DNA of 63,828 bases, counting the filler, from Octopus bimaculoides (Eukaryota), in NCBI RefSeq assembly GCF_001194135.2. It is 6 parts of 6 records of this genome, joined end to end, with 100 filler letters (N's around TTAATTAATTAA, not from the genome) between each part and the next. Parts side by side here need not be neighbours in the genome. Positions count along the whole stretch, not along the records: positions 1 to 25,177 come from NC_068982.1; positions 25,278 to 34,589 come from NC_068986.1; 4 more parts are not named here. One strand, given 5' to 3'. Positions 14,086 through 27,109 of this stretch are shown piece by piece (position 1 is the first letter of the stretch; each line of letters begins with the position of its first letter). A model generated the notes under the pieces. That model worked only from the letters and a program-made list of their open reading frames with translations. It was not told where the DNA came from and ran no database searches. Position numbers and translations under genes: made by a program.

Positions 14086-14129
<44 letters not shown>

Positions 14130-17100
14130 TGTTTCTTGCCGCTGTAATTCTATCTTCTCATATATTTGCGTTTCTGCTAACATAATTAATTATCTCATAT
14201 ATTTAGTTATATTTCTCTTCATTTCACTATACTGAAGAAAAGATATATTTGTTTTCCACATCTTTATTTTGAGAACACTGTTTTCCTTTTCTTAGACGAG
14301 GTGTATATACATTTTTGTATGCTTCATCCTTATGTTGAAGTGGTTTCGTGCGAAATTAACCCGTAACAAGAGAGTCGGAAGAAAGAAAAGTTTGTTACTT
14401 TGTACCATTAACCTGAAATATTTAAAACATCAACATAGGTGTTTCGACATATTGCATAAATCATTTACTTTTACTGTGTTTACATATCTACAATCGTTGA
14501 ATTATTCCCTATCTACAAAATAATATACTTCTTTTGAGAAATTTGTCCCAAAGTATACATATCAGGTTTTGTTTGCGAAACATTGTTAATACTCGATACT
14601 TTTGATAATGTCTGTCAATGCAAAAGCCTTTAATGACATTTTTCTCACATGAATATATATAATGTAAATTTGTACTCAACTTTTACACTTCCGTTATTCC
14701 CTGTAATTCCAGTATAGTAAGGCCACATTTTGAAATATTTTTCGCCTTGTTATTTGTTATTAGATGTGGTTTTTAATAGAATGTGTACTATATAACTACT
14801 TGTAACAAATTTGCCGTACTCATTGAAAGCGTTCTCATACGTTACTTTAGAGTTTAGTTTTAATAGTATAGATGATTTACTTGACCTCGACTGTATGACT
14901 TCTGATATGCATGTTGAGAGTTGCAAAATACTTATTTTGCAATTCCATTCGTGTAATTATAAAATAAATTTCGAAACTGAAATGAATTTGAAAATAGTTA
15001 AACTATATTTAATAAAGTAAACTGTAAGTTTTAGATATTGCTATCAGATATTTTGAAAAGCCTATTAAATAATTATGAGAGTAAATCCCCCTTTTAGCAT
15101 TTATCTTGATAGTTTTCAACATGTTAATTGGAAGAAGACGTTATATTATAGTAGAATACAACAATCTGTCAAAACAACTATATAAACTATCTAATAAGCT
15201 TTCATATTTTCATTCCGGTACTGATAATGCATAATCTGTTATATTGAACTGCCTACGATATCTGTTTGCCATGTCTCGTTATTATTACATCGAATGAACA
15301 ATTATCTTCCATTGAGATTCACCTGAAGTAATCTAGTTATATTTCTTCAAGGAATATAGTTTTGTACATACTTTGTCATTAGCCGTAATATCTGAAGGAT
15401 TTGTGTACTTCCTTTAGTACATTAAGTAAAGAGCTAAATGCTTGCAGATATAATTAAATGCATGCGCCGTTTGCCAAACTTTACTACAAACGTATTAAAC
15501 ATACCAATATACAAATATTTTGCCATTGATTCAGTTTGTTTATTTATGTAAACCAGCCTGTTTAATTTCTTACCTGTCAAAAATAGTTACTCCTGCTATA
15601 GCAAATTAAAAAAAAGTGCCTAAATTCAATTAAAATAATTGTTAGTTGCCTATGGTGACGCATATTAAAACTGTACTGTACACGTCAGTCACCTTAATGT
15701 TTTTCTGTCAACTTTCAATTATATTCGCTGTCAATAAATATGGACTGAGATATAGAGATATAGAATTTTTAAAAAGAAACAAAATTATCTCAAATCACAA
15801 TTGGAAACATCCTGGCAATACACCAAACTCCAAATGATGTGTTTTTGTATAAGACGAAATAATAATAATAATAATAATTCATAGTATACTACTGTTTACT
15901 TATATAACAACCCGTAACTCTATTGGAAGTGTGCCATAAATACTTCACAAAGTTAGATTCTAATATCCTGAAATTATGTATTTATCCAACTATACATGTG
16001 TCTATTCCATACTACTAAAATATGCTGTATAATTTTCTCATTTACTCGTGCCATAAAAACTATTATTTAATGTGCACTAATTATATATTTTCTTCTGAAA
16101 TCTTCCAACTTTTCTAATTTTCTATTGGAATCAAATTTATTTCTGAACATGTAGACAATCATAAAAGAATTTTAGATACACTATTCTACAAAAATCGATC
16201 TTTAAACATTTTCAAAGGCCATAGATTATATGTCATAGCAAATCATTCACTTTTGTAATTCAATGTCCTAGATTTCCTGTAGACAAAACTTTCTTCAATG
16301 CAATCATATTGGATCTCAGTATTGTTCTAAATTTGGAGAAATATCATATCCCAATTCTCCAGACAGTCCAAATATGGAACACGGAAGAGAAGTCAATTTT
16401 ATGCTTTAGTAAATAGGAAAAGTTTTCTATACGCTCAGGTACACTATTACGACATAAGTTTGGGAATTATGTTTATATATATCGCCTGACTGGACAATCA
16501 AATGAATATATTTTTTACTGCATATTATGTGTCTATCACACTTCAAATTTCTAAGATCAATTCTATTCAAAGTAGTTTCAGTCAAAATATTTCTATTTTT
16601 GCTTTAAACCATCTGCATGTTTTATGTCTTTTAAAATATAGTGTTTCGTGAAGCATATAAAACTACTGAAGCATACACTTGTTTTTACGAATCCAACATA
16701 TTTGCATAGCATTATAGCCATTTCAAAATATTTGTCCATAAAATATAACTTCCATAACAATAGACATAGATTCTCAGCAAGTAAGACAGACAAATAATGT
16801 CAATAATATTTATTTTGGTGATGTTTAATTATCGATGAAAAATCAATCACTATATATCTAATTCAGGACGGCAGGAGATTTATATATGTCATTAAATGAC
16901 GAGGAACAGAAGAGAATATTTCCATTCGATGTTATACGCACATAAAATACCTCACTTCCGAAGATAGTGAACATTATTTTTTCTTGTACAATAAGAGATT
17001 CAATAAACTTGCAGCATTTTAAAATAAAACCTTGTCCGTGTTTTACAAAATCTATTAAGACCCTTAAGTGAAAAGTTACTCCTTATTGTAAAGATATTAT

Positions 17101-17700
17101 CCTTTGTTTTATAGACGGAAACCGCACATTAATATTGCTGTATTCAAAACGAATGAACGTCAATTTAGATGATTTTAACTAAAATACGTTTTTGTTGTTA
17201 ATCGTCAGTGATTTGCCGAATAGGATGTTAGAGTTGTTGATTATATATCATAAAACTAAGCTGTGTCTCACATTGCCCTCATATTCAGACCTTCTCCATA
17301 GATAATGAGGATTCAGATCGTAAATTACTCAAATCCTATGCGTGAAGTTAATATCAGCCCGCTATGTAACTTTAACAATATTCAAAGGTTAATGAGAGTG
17401 AAAAAATGGGACAAGTTTCGACTTTTGAGTTACACATATATTCCGGAGAGAACAATAGACATTGATAAATCGATTTCAATACAGGATTGAAAAGCGACTC
17501 TTGATCTGTAGGAAATTTATTTGGAAACGCCGAAAACTGGAATACATCCTACAAAACCTTCTTTCCAAGTCTCAAGTGATTCCTCCGATTTGCCGACCTG
17601 ATTGCTTTGGATGAGAAATTTAATAATGGAATTTGTTACTTGTTTTTACGTTCTTGCAAGAATAGTGCTGCCCAGTTTGGAAAGAGAATTCACAATGGAA

Positions 17701-17811
17701 GAAATACTGGGCACATGAAGAAACACTGGGCACATGAAGAAACACTGGGCACATGAAGAAACACTGGGCACATGAAGAAACACTGGGCACATGAAGAAAC
17801 ACTGGGCACAT
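17701..17811. repeat. 19-bp minisatellite GAAACACTGGGCACATGAA x5.8
   Basis: Units start at 17701, 17720, 17739, 17758, 17777 and 17796; no spacers. Confidence 0.95.
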
Positions 17812-19733
17812 TGTGTTTCTAGTGGATCCGGGAAACATATGAAGAACAGAAAAATGACACTTTATTTGGTATACCTCATTTCAGAAGAAATTTCAGGCAA
17901 TGTAAGTCAGACATGTGGTCGCTCCTCAAGAATTTTGGGTGTCCACGTACTAGTATGATACACTGTCTCTCACTTGCATAAGGGCTAGATTTAAGATCTC
18001 CAGTTATATATAATATTTTATGACGGCTATATGCTGCCGCCAATAGCATTTTCACTCTCTGTTGTCACATGTCTAGGCTGTGTGCAGTAATTAACTATTA
18101 AATGGATTACGTTTATGTTAATTTGTAAAATAGAATAGGTTGAAAGGTTTAAAATACAGCATAGAAAGCAGAGATGCTCATATTATATTATCCTGTTTCC
18201 TGTATTATACACTTGAAATGAGCCAAATGAAATATCTTGAAGTCGACATCACATGACCAAGCATAAATTACTTGAGATGTTGTACAAAACCTCCTACTTC
18301 ATTAAAAGTCATTTCTATTTTAGTGCCAGAAATGAAAAACAAGAGTTGTTAGTGACCCTGAGAGAGAAGCAACATTATTTCAAGAACTTAAAATATGTTT
18401 TCGTATTCAGTCCGATACGCAGAAACGAAAGTTTGAAATTGCAATAACTTCCTCTGAGAATCACTAGTATTTTGTGCTTAACTTCCAATTAAATTTGACT
18501 ATTCGTCAGCATACGCTTCTTATTTTCTCTCTCTCGCTTTCTTTTTTTCTCTCTCTGTTTATGTATGTATACATGTATTTGTCTGTGAGTATGTATGAAG
18601 CATTAAATTGTTCAAATAAGAGGGGCAAATGTACTTTGGGTGCGTGGTCAGTCATGTTATATTTGTATGCACTCTATGTTGTTTCTGATTTGCATCATAT
18701 TCCTGCATTCGCGCAAAGTATTCCAGCTGGAAATTATTATGTCAAGCAAAATCCTATGATTTCACGTTGTTATGATGCAGTCTGAATGATAATTTCTAGT
18801 GAAAAGGATGTGAAATCGATGGGATCCATCCGCAGGCAGACTTGCGTCGAGTGCCGTGCCACAGACATTAAATGCTTTCGTGATGTCTAGTTGTCGAGCA
18901 TGTTTTTTTTTTTTTTGGGCGAGGGGGTTGTATTTTTGTGAAAATACAAAATAGACCAATAATTTAACAGAACTTTTTTAATACGCGATTATAAATATTC
19001 ATTTTAAATATTCTTCTCGATGAATTATGCCAGTAAGTGAATCAACACACTTATGTTCTGTAGTTTATAAGTTATTCGTTCAGTCTGGTGGATCCTTAAT
19101 GCTTTGTAGCTGAATTATAACGTATTACACTAACAAAAAATAAAATAAATAAATCACGCATGCTTCCAAATATTTTAACGCATAGGCTCTTCATTAGAGT
19201 TACCAAACTGATTTTTTTGTATTTTTACTTTCATCAAAGTGTTTGTTAGAATTTTTTAATAGAAAGCACAGTTCGGGATCGAATAAAGTAAGAAAAGTTT
19301 TACAATATGGCATTTTTCTATTTTCAGTTAACTTCCTAACCTCATCCATTCAAAGTAATTCATGAAAGATATATGTTTATGATTTCATTTAAAAATATAT
19401 GATTCTTGTTGAATATCGGTGTAGTATAACTATCAATTATATATATNNNNNNNNNNNNNNNNNNNNNNNNNNNNNNNNNNNNNNNNNNNNNNNNNNNNNN
19501 NNNNNNNNNNNNNNNNNNNNNNNNNNNNNNNNNNNNNNNNNNNNNNNNNNNNNNNNNNNNNNNNNNNNNNNNNNNNNNNNNNNNNNNNNNNNNNNNNNNN
19601 NNNNNNNNNNNNNNNNNNNNNNNNNNNNNNNNNNNNNNNNNNNNNNNNNNNNNNNNNNNNNNNNNNNNNNNNNNNNNNNNNNNNNNNNNNNNNNNNNNNN
19701 NNNNNNNNNNNNNNNNNNNNNNNNNNNNNNNNN

Positions 19734-19816
<83 letters not shown>

Positions 19817-20356
19817 TGGAAATTGCACATAAAATGTGAATTCTTCGGTATGAGCCATCATTATGCAAATGCACTGTAATCGCAGATTTCTTCTGCTAAA
19901 GAGAGTCAGTAGTAAGCAATTCATTCTAAATATGAATGAAAGGATATTTTCGCTCGTTAGAACGAAAATGCTTAAACAGGAGAAGTAACAGTGATGAACA
20001 TCAGGTATTAGATCCTGTTTAATTAGCTAATTTCCAAGTGCTACACAAATTAAGCTAATTAAATTTGCATAATATATATAGTTTGTATTAATTGTAATTA
20101 GTGTGATTTGGATTTACTTTCTCATTGCAAATAATATACACGTGATTTGCGAAATGAAAGCGTAAGATCACTAATGAAATATATCAGATTTCACATATGA
20201 TATTGAGGTTGTTGACATATTTTGTGCAATTATTAGAGATGCTAATGAAATCACAACCTAACCTGATTATTTCAAATAGTCGCTTCTGTTAATAAAACAT
20301 TATTTAGGCCGGTAATGTAGTTTCAACGTTGTCTAATCCATTTTATAAAAATTGAG

Positions 20357-20942
20357 GGATCTTTTTTAAAACGGGGGCCACATTTTTCATTAATGTTTTA
20401 CGTAGTGCTTTTGGTACCGAAAGACTTTCAAACTTCGTATACTTATCTATTTTGTGTTATAGAACAGAAAAATATTTTTGTATTCGAATTTATTTCATGT
20501 AAAAAATTGTCTTATTTCGATAATTTCAACCAATCACTGACGTCCATTCAGCCGATATACATTAAGTGCCGACTACATAAACAAACGATTCTTCGTTTTA
20601 TTTGCTTTTTTCATTTTAAATTTGCTTTAATCCTAACCCTAACCCTAACCCTAACCCTAACCCTAACTCTAACCCTAAGGTTAGGGTTAGGGTTAGGGTT
20701 AATTGTTTCAGAATCGTTTGTTTATGTAGTCGGCACTTAATGTATATCGGCTGAATGGACGTCAGTGATTGGTTGAAATTACAGAAATACGACAACTTTA
20801 ACATGGAATAATTTATGGATTTCTTTTTTTTTTTTAAGAAGACTAAGAGAAAAAGATGTTTTATATGACACATTCTACCAGTGATCTAAGTTTCAAAGTG
20901 TTTCGTTAATGAAAAATGTGGCCCCCGTTTTAAAAAAGATCC
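20357..20942. mobile_element. Non-autonomous TIR element (Merlin-like MITE), copy 2, opposite orientation to copy 1
   Basis: Perfect 37-bp TIR GGATCTTTTTTAAAACGGGGGCCACATTTTTCATTAA and 8-bp TSD AAATTGAG (20349-20356 and 20943-20950). The arms are shared with 11188-11851. There is a perfect 72-bp internal inverted repeat at 20521-20592 / 20710-20781. Confidence 0.9.
20632..20700. repeat. Interstitial telomeric repeat, inverted (CCCTAA)n-(TTAGGG)n junction
   Basis: CCTAACCCTAA...CCCTAAGGTTAGGGTTAGGGTTAGGGTT, located inside the MITE. Confidence 0.95.
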
Positions 20943-22075
20943 AAATTGAGTTCAGAGAAGTATATTTGATATATCAGCGACAGTATTGCTTGAGGTATGG
21001 TGTCGTAAGGAGTGGCATCTACTTTATGTAAAGAGTTAAACGTGCGACGGTTAGTTGCAGTCGTGACGGTATACTGATAGCTTAGTGACAACAGTTGAAT
21101 ACCACTAAATCATCAGTGTAAGGAGGGTGGCATGAACGTGTCACGTGTCGATTGGGTCAAGCAATTACAGCAAGTGGGCCAGTAATCTCTATACGGACCG
21201 TAAGCACAGTATGGCATCGTTTAGTATGCTATATCGAGAATACAGTGGGCTGATGTTTTGAAATACACTGAAAATACATATATTTTATGAAAACAACATG
21301 AATTGACAAACTTTCTATTGATAGGAACTCTACGGAGCTGGAGTATATGTAGCCTTTTTCCGAAGATAAAATTGACGATTACGAGCCACAGGGGAGTAAA
21401 GTGGAATCTTTTGGAACAAACTACATTTGATTTTCTTTGAAGTATTGCTGAAGTCACGGAATCTCCATATAAAGCGAGACGTAGAAGTAGACTTTTTGCT
21501 GGTGTCTACATCTTGAGTAGTGCATATTCCACAAGCATTTACCTTTCAAGTCGTTGGCATTCATGTTAATGTAGTGTCTCGTTATACCATTGGGAGTTGT
21601 GAGGTGGGCTTTCAGACCAGAGCTTTAGAGATGCAGAAATGCCCCAATCGACATTTGGTAGAATTTGTAAGTCGCGGGTGCGGCATGAAATAATGCTAGT
21701 ACACATGCGTTTTTGATCCTGTGATAGTATGCAGTTCTGTAAATATATTGTTTAAACATGAATAGGTGACCATAACAATATGAAAATCAAATACTTTGTG
21801 GTATCTATATGATCCAGCAAAATACTGCTAATGTTCATTTCACATTATCCAGTCCACTCAGCAGGTACAATTTGAACTGGGGAACATATGCGCCAGAGGA
21901 CCATTTTATTATTATCATTATTTTATGTTTAACTTTTGTTTTGCATTTGTACAAGTTGGATCCAAGTCTCACCCAGAGACCTCAAGAGACAACAAGTTAG
22001 AAGTTCATGTAGGTGTTATGCCTAGGGTACCATATATTTGGATTTGTACAGTTTTGTTCTAGTGAATGTTTAAGA

Positions 22076-22119
<44 letters not shown>

Positions 22120-22184
22120 NNNNNNNNNNNNNNNNNNNNNNNNNNNNNNNNNNNNNNNNNNNNNNNNNNNNNNNNNNNNNNNNN

Positions 22185-22215
<31 letters not shown>

Positions 22216-23569
22216 TACGCACGCACACACACACACATATGTGCACTAGTAAAACATGTATGTTCACGACGTTTCACACCTTAAAGCGTACACATACAAG
22301 CACGCGTATTTCATGACACTACGCTCATACATGCAAATTACACACGCACACATATATATATATATATATATATGTAAGTATATATATATACTGAATACAA
22401 GACCTGCTCATACATGCATATGTGTACATATAACATATACAAAAACTGATGCTGTCCGCTTCTCTTGTACGAACAGAAACCTATCCATTTCTATGTTTCG
22501 TCGGATCATTCGATATTTTGAACCTAGATAGACACAGTGCGATAAGTACATTTTCTACATCCATTCTTATTTTTTACTTTGTTGGAGATTATTTCTTGTG
22601 TCTGTCATACTGGAGAAGAGTTTAAGCTCCAAACGTGTAGATATTCTATAAAGGCTAAGCTACCAGTTTGACTACGCTTTAACTTTAGGTTCTGATCACT
22701 AATTTTTTAGCACACATTCCTGTGCGTGTGTATGCTTGTCTTTCTTCAACAATGCTTACGTCTCAAAAATTTTAGATAATTATTTGCAGGTGAACGTGAC
22801 TGAAAATGCGTGTGTGAGAATATAACTGATTTTATTGCACGTTTTTGTTATGGGTGAAGAAGAGATTTGCCAAGAAGTGATTTGACAAAAAGGAAAAGAT
22901 ACTAAATTAAATATTCAAGAATTTGTAATGAAATCGGTGAAGTTAGTAGAGACCCCTCAGTGTGACTCTCACGATTGCTTCTTTGACGGCGTTAGATTAG
23001 GCTCAAAATACTTTCATTTTATCATAAAACAGTACAGTAATTCAGATTGATATGATATCAATACACGAGGATAAATGAATGATACTTTCGTAAGCTATGT
23101 ATTTATTCTATGATAAACTCATATATCTACATTCATATATGAGCTGATGAATTGAAGGGTTGTGTTAATTTGATTCTACCTATATTTCCTGTCTGAGATA
23201 AATAAGCAATTCCCTGAAAGTGTTATTAGTTTCGATACATAAATTCTAACACATGTGCACTTGGAACATAAAACAATTATTCCAAGAAACATACAAAAGT
23301 GTTAGATATATTAATACAGTGTTTTTTTCATATTCTTTCGTTTTCTAATTTATTCATGTCCTGGAGCTAAGGTAAGAGTAGCAGCAATTAATGTGTAATT
23401 TTTCTTATCAGAGTTGTATATCGTCTGTAACAGAGAAAACGATTCTAATTTTATTGTATATTTTATGTTAACCCAATAAAACATTCAGCAAGAATAGCAG
23501 TCAATTACATTTACAAAATTAATAACAGATACAATAACGGTACAGAATTTAGGCAGAAGGCCAGCGTAT

Positions 23570-23905
23570 TTTGAGGAGAAGATGCTTGTCAATTACTGGT
23601 ACTCATTTTACAGACCCCGAAAGAAAGAAATGCAGAGTCGGCGACAGCGGGTTTTTGAACTCAAAAGATAAAGACAGATGAAATGCCGCTAAGCATTTTT
23701 TCTGGCGGCTAAGGGCTCGCCAACTTAAAAAAAGGTTTTTGATTTTGGCACAAGACCAGCAATTTCAAGGGACGGAGTAAATCGATAACTTCGATCCCAG
23801 TGATCAGCTGGTACTTATTTTATCGTTTCCGAAAAGATGGAGGGCAAAGTCGACTCCGTCGGCATTTGCACTCAGAACTTAAAGACAGACGATATACCAC
23901 TAAGT
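23570..23905 (-). mobile_element. Two tandem diverged family B SINE fragments
   Basis: GGCACAAGACCAGCAATTTC...CTGGTACTTATTTTATCG...GCAAAGTCGAC...ACTCAGAAC is the reverse complement of the family seen at 40115-40325 and 53745-53942. Confidence 0.7.
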
Positions 23906-24278
23906 ATTAACAAGAGATAAAATATTACGAGACGATCGTAGCTTGTTACTGTTCATTGTTATAATTTTTCTTTCTCTGTTAAGAAAAGTTTCAGAAAATG
24001 AAGCGTGCATCCATCTCAATATGATTATTATGTTTCAAAAGCACAACAGGAAGGAGATAAGGATTTGAAATCACAAACAAAGACACTTTCAAACTGAAAC
24101 ATCCTTTGCTTATTAGTTCAGCAGTAGGTGAAAATGTGCTCACCGTTGGTGAACTTAAACGAATATTCTTTTATATGGCAAATTATATTATATCAATCAA
24201 AACTGCAGTTGACAGCATTGATCATGAAACTATTATTTTAGTTGGTGTTGTAGATAGATAAATATAATTATAGATAGG

Positions 24279-24312
<34 letters not shown>

Positions 24313-24313
24313 T

Positions 24314-25177
24314 ACTAGCACAAAGACCGCCCTACGGGTAGTTTTCTTCTAGCCCCTGGCTGATATTTTCACATTTGATTCTCAATTTTTTTTATATTTT
24401 ACGTCTAATTATTTCTTTATATAATAGTGCTCATTTGCTCAGTAAATATCGCTTTCATTATTTTATCACTGTTATAATCTTTCTCTTTTAAACAAACAAC
24501 ACGGTTGTCCAGAAACAGATGGAAAAGCAATTTGTCAAGTTTTACATTCCCCTCAAAACAACGTCAAAATTACAATTCAGCAGCCCATCTGTAAACTTTG
24601 CAGCAAGTGTGTGAGAGACAGAGGTGGGAAGACAGAACATTGCAAACAATGAATGAAATAAACATGAACTGAAAAAATCGTATAAATAAAAGGGCATTAT
24701 TACTGATGTATACACCCTCGACTTTGTTGCCTCATAACATCCAGAAAAAATGGATACATCTTTTTTTAAATGTCAACAAATACCGCTTAGAGGGATTTAT
24801 GGGACAGAATTTTTTCGAGGGGGTGGAGAGAAGAGTTTTGGAAAATTTACACGATCTGACTTTTCCCCTCATAACTTTCAGGAAGATGGGCATCTTTTAA
24901 TGAAATTTTATACAAATCCTCTTCAAATGACAGATTATAATTTTAAAGAAATTTGTGTGGGAATTTTTTTCGGGGATGTTCCACACTTTTCTTTCAAAGC
25001 ACAGCCTTCGAAATGATGAGGTCGAAGAGCATCTTTCTACGAAACAGTTTTGAAATTTTTTTTTGTTTAACCCCCCTCTACCTCATCAACCCACTCCGGA
25101 CCTATTTTCACTTTTTTTTTTTTGCACCTCAAAACCACGGCGGTAAAAAATAAAAATTAAAAAATGTTAATATTTTC
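24314..25177. mobile_element. Possible Helitron-like non-autonomous element
   Basis: Begins ACTAG followed by a short GACCGCCCTACGGGTAGT stem-loop, directly after a (TAGA)n tract. The other end is lost in a gap. Weak. Confidence 0.2.
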
Positions 25178-25277
25178 NNNNNNNNNNNNNNNNNNNNNNN
25201 NNNNNNNNNNNNNNNNNNNNNTTAATTAATTAANNNNNNNNNNNNNNNNNNNNNNNNNNNNNNNNNNNNNNNNNNNN
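25178..25277. other. Artificial scaffold spacer (44N-TTAATTAATTAA-44N)
   Basis: Exactly 100 bp containing a six-frame-stop 12-mer. The same 12-mer sits within N-runs at 34634, 40811, 53368 and 61906. Confidence 0.9.
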
Positions 25278-25441
25278 TGAACTTTTCCACTTTTGTTCTC
25301 CTTGTCTCCGTATTCTTTCTGTTGAAGAGCGTAGCTCGAAACGTCAAAGACTTTCCGTATTCCCGAGCGTCATACTAATGCATCCTTTTGTTATTTACAC
25401 CACCTGTCCTCGTCTGTTGTTGTTTTTTCGTATATTCTCCC

Positions 25442-25442
<1 letters not shown>
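25278..25442 (+). mobile_element. Hammerhead-bearing short repeat (PLE pseudo-LTR-like), family D
   Basis: Contains the HHR at 25314-25350. Related copies are at 37210-37370 and 54478-54545 (tail only). Confidence 0.6.
25314..25350 (+). ncRNA. Minimal type I hammerhead ribozyme motif (core variant CUGUUGA)
   Basis: TCTTT-CTGTTGA-A-GAGC-gta-GCTC-GAAAC-GTC-AAAGA: stem I TCTTT/AAAGA, stem II GAGC/GCTC, palindromic stem III ACGT and cleavage triplet GUC. Confidence 0.7.
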
Positions 25443-25508
<66 letters not shown>

Positions 25509-25654
25509 TGTGTGTGTATGTGAATTCTGACGGCTCAGTACCTAACATATTGATCCTACTAATGGTGGTGCTAACAGATTAAATCAACTCAACCTGGTGC
25601 ATACCATTTAAGTACCTGATTCTCTCCAGAATCCTTGATATTGTATTGTATATA

Positions 25655-25820
25655 TTCATACGACAAGCTTCTTTCAGTTTCCGTTTACAAAATCTACTCA
25701 CAAGTCTTTATTCAGCCCGAGGCTATAGCAGGTGGCACTTGCTTTAGGTGCTGCGCTGTGGTTCTGAACCCGAACTGTATTGTTGGAAAACAAGCTTCTT
25801 CCCACAGATCCACGCCTGCG
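25655..25820 (-). mobile_element. Diverged family A SINE 5' half
   Basis: CTTCTTTCAGTTTCCG...CCCGAGGCTATAG...CTGAACCCGAAC...CCACGCCTGCGC. Confidence 0.7.
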
Positions 25821-26519
25821 CGGAATTTGCCGAGTGCTTATTTCGGTTAAAGGGAATCTTTCCGCTGGAAATCTTTGCGCAGTAATATTCTAAATATTTT
25901 GCTCTGGGCATTGCTTTTAGCCAATTTGTCTTTAAAACAAACTCATTCCTACTTATGGTTATTGCTTTTTGAAGTTAAATATACGGGACTTTAACAATTT
26001 CGCCATAAACACAAGAATAGTCGCCATTCCCAAACATGCCCTCACTGTATAATTTACGAGTATAAACATTCATACTTGCTCTGACGACTGCATTCCAGAA
26101 GCATTTTAGAAACCGTATTTGCTTGCTTCCTGTCATATATGTATTCGATGCTTAACCGGCCGATACCAATTTTATGTGACACCTTGAGGGGGAACGTTAG
26201 ATTTGTAATAACCTCATAGAACTTTTCTCCTTTGCTCATAACCTCTCATACATTAACCCAAAATCAACCTCATAAAACAGTCTTGCAATAGAATACTGTA
26301 TAACACTTCAAAGGTGTAGAGCTCTCCCTTTATCCTGTCATTATCAGGGAGTGTCATTATTCTTGCAATAAACACACGAAACACACGCACTGGTTTTATT
26401 TTACTTCTTTATTTGTCAATTGGTTAAACATTTTGTAAGTATCCATGTGTGTATGTATATATGTGTATGTATCCGTGTATACGCGTGTGCGTATTTGCAT
26501 TGTGTATGTATCATTATTT

Positions 26520-27020
26520 TGTTTAATTTCAAGATTTCTTGCCAACAGGGAAAGAGCCGGTTTCTAACCTAGATCCAAGGCTCCATCATTGGAATTTTAA
26601 CATCAACAAAATATTTTTCTATGTATGTATATGTGCAGATTTGTATGTTTTGCTTTATGTACGTATTCTCATACATATAGTTGCATGTCTAAACATGCTC
26701 CTATATACTTAAATAATACACTTCTGGAAGGATTTATAGAATTTTACAATTTCAGCTTTCTCTTCTCTGGTTTTGAGAAGCCTAATTTCTCAAGATTGGT
26801 ATTTAGGCAGGGTGTTACATATCCCAGGCCCCCAATGATTATTGATATAAATCTGAATGTGTAAGCTGTAAAGAGTAACTGCAGATTTCTTAATAGTTCA
26901 ACGTAGGTACTATCTTTTCCACTGATCTTCAGCTTTATGTTAACATGCGCTGGGCAGCTAATTTCCACAACCGTACGCAGCTTCTCTCTATTCCAAATCA
27001 TTTTATTGGGTCTGTTTATG
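26520..27020 (-). mobile_element. 3' fragment of an RLE-type non-LTR retrotransposon
   Basis: Translation NRPNKMIWNREKLRTVVEISCPAHVNIKLK...Y.ELLRNLQ...FISIIIGGLGYV matches the R-P-D..E / K..Y / IIIGALG restriction-like endonuclease C-terminus, followed by a 3' UTR. Confidence 0.75.
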
Positions 27021-27109
27021 TATGTATGTATGTATGAATGTATGCATGTATGTATGTATGTATGTATGTATGTATGCATGTATGTATGTATGCATGTATG
27101 TATGTCAGT

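Noticed and set aside
17701-17811. CRISPR-like array (also 36896-37021)
   Set aside because: Contiguous tandem units with no unique spacers, in eukaryotic DNA with no cas genes.
20632-20700. Chromosome-fusion scar or true telomere
   Set aside because: It lies inside a TIR- and TSD-bounded MITE, and a second family member also carries TTAGGG.
23143-23180. CTGATGA as a hammerhead core
   Set aside because: No stem II-GAAA-stem III follows.
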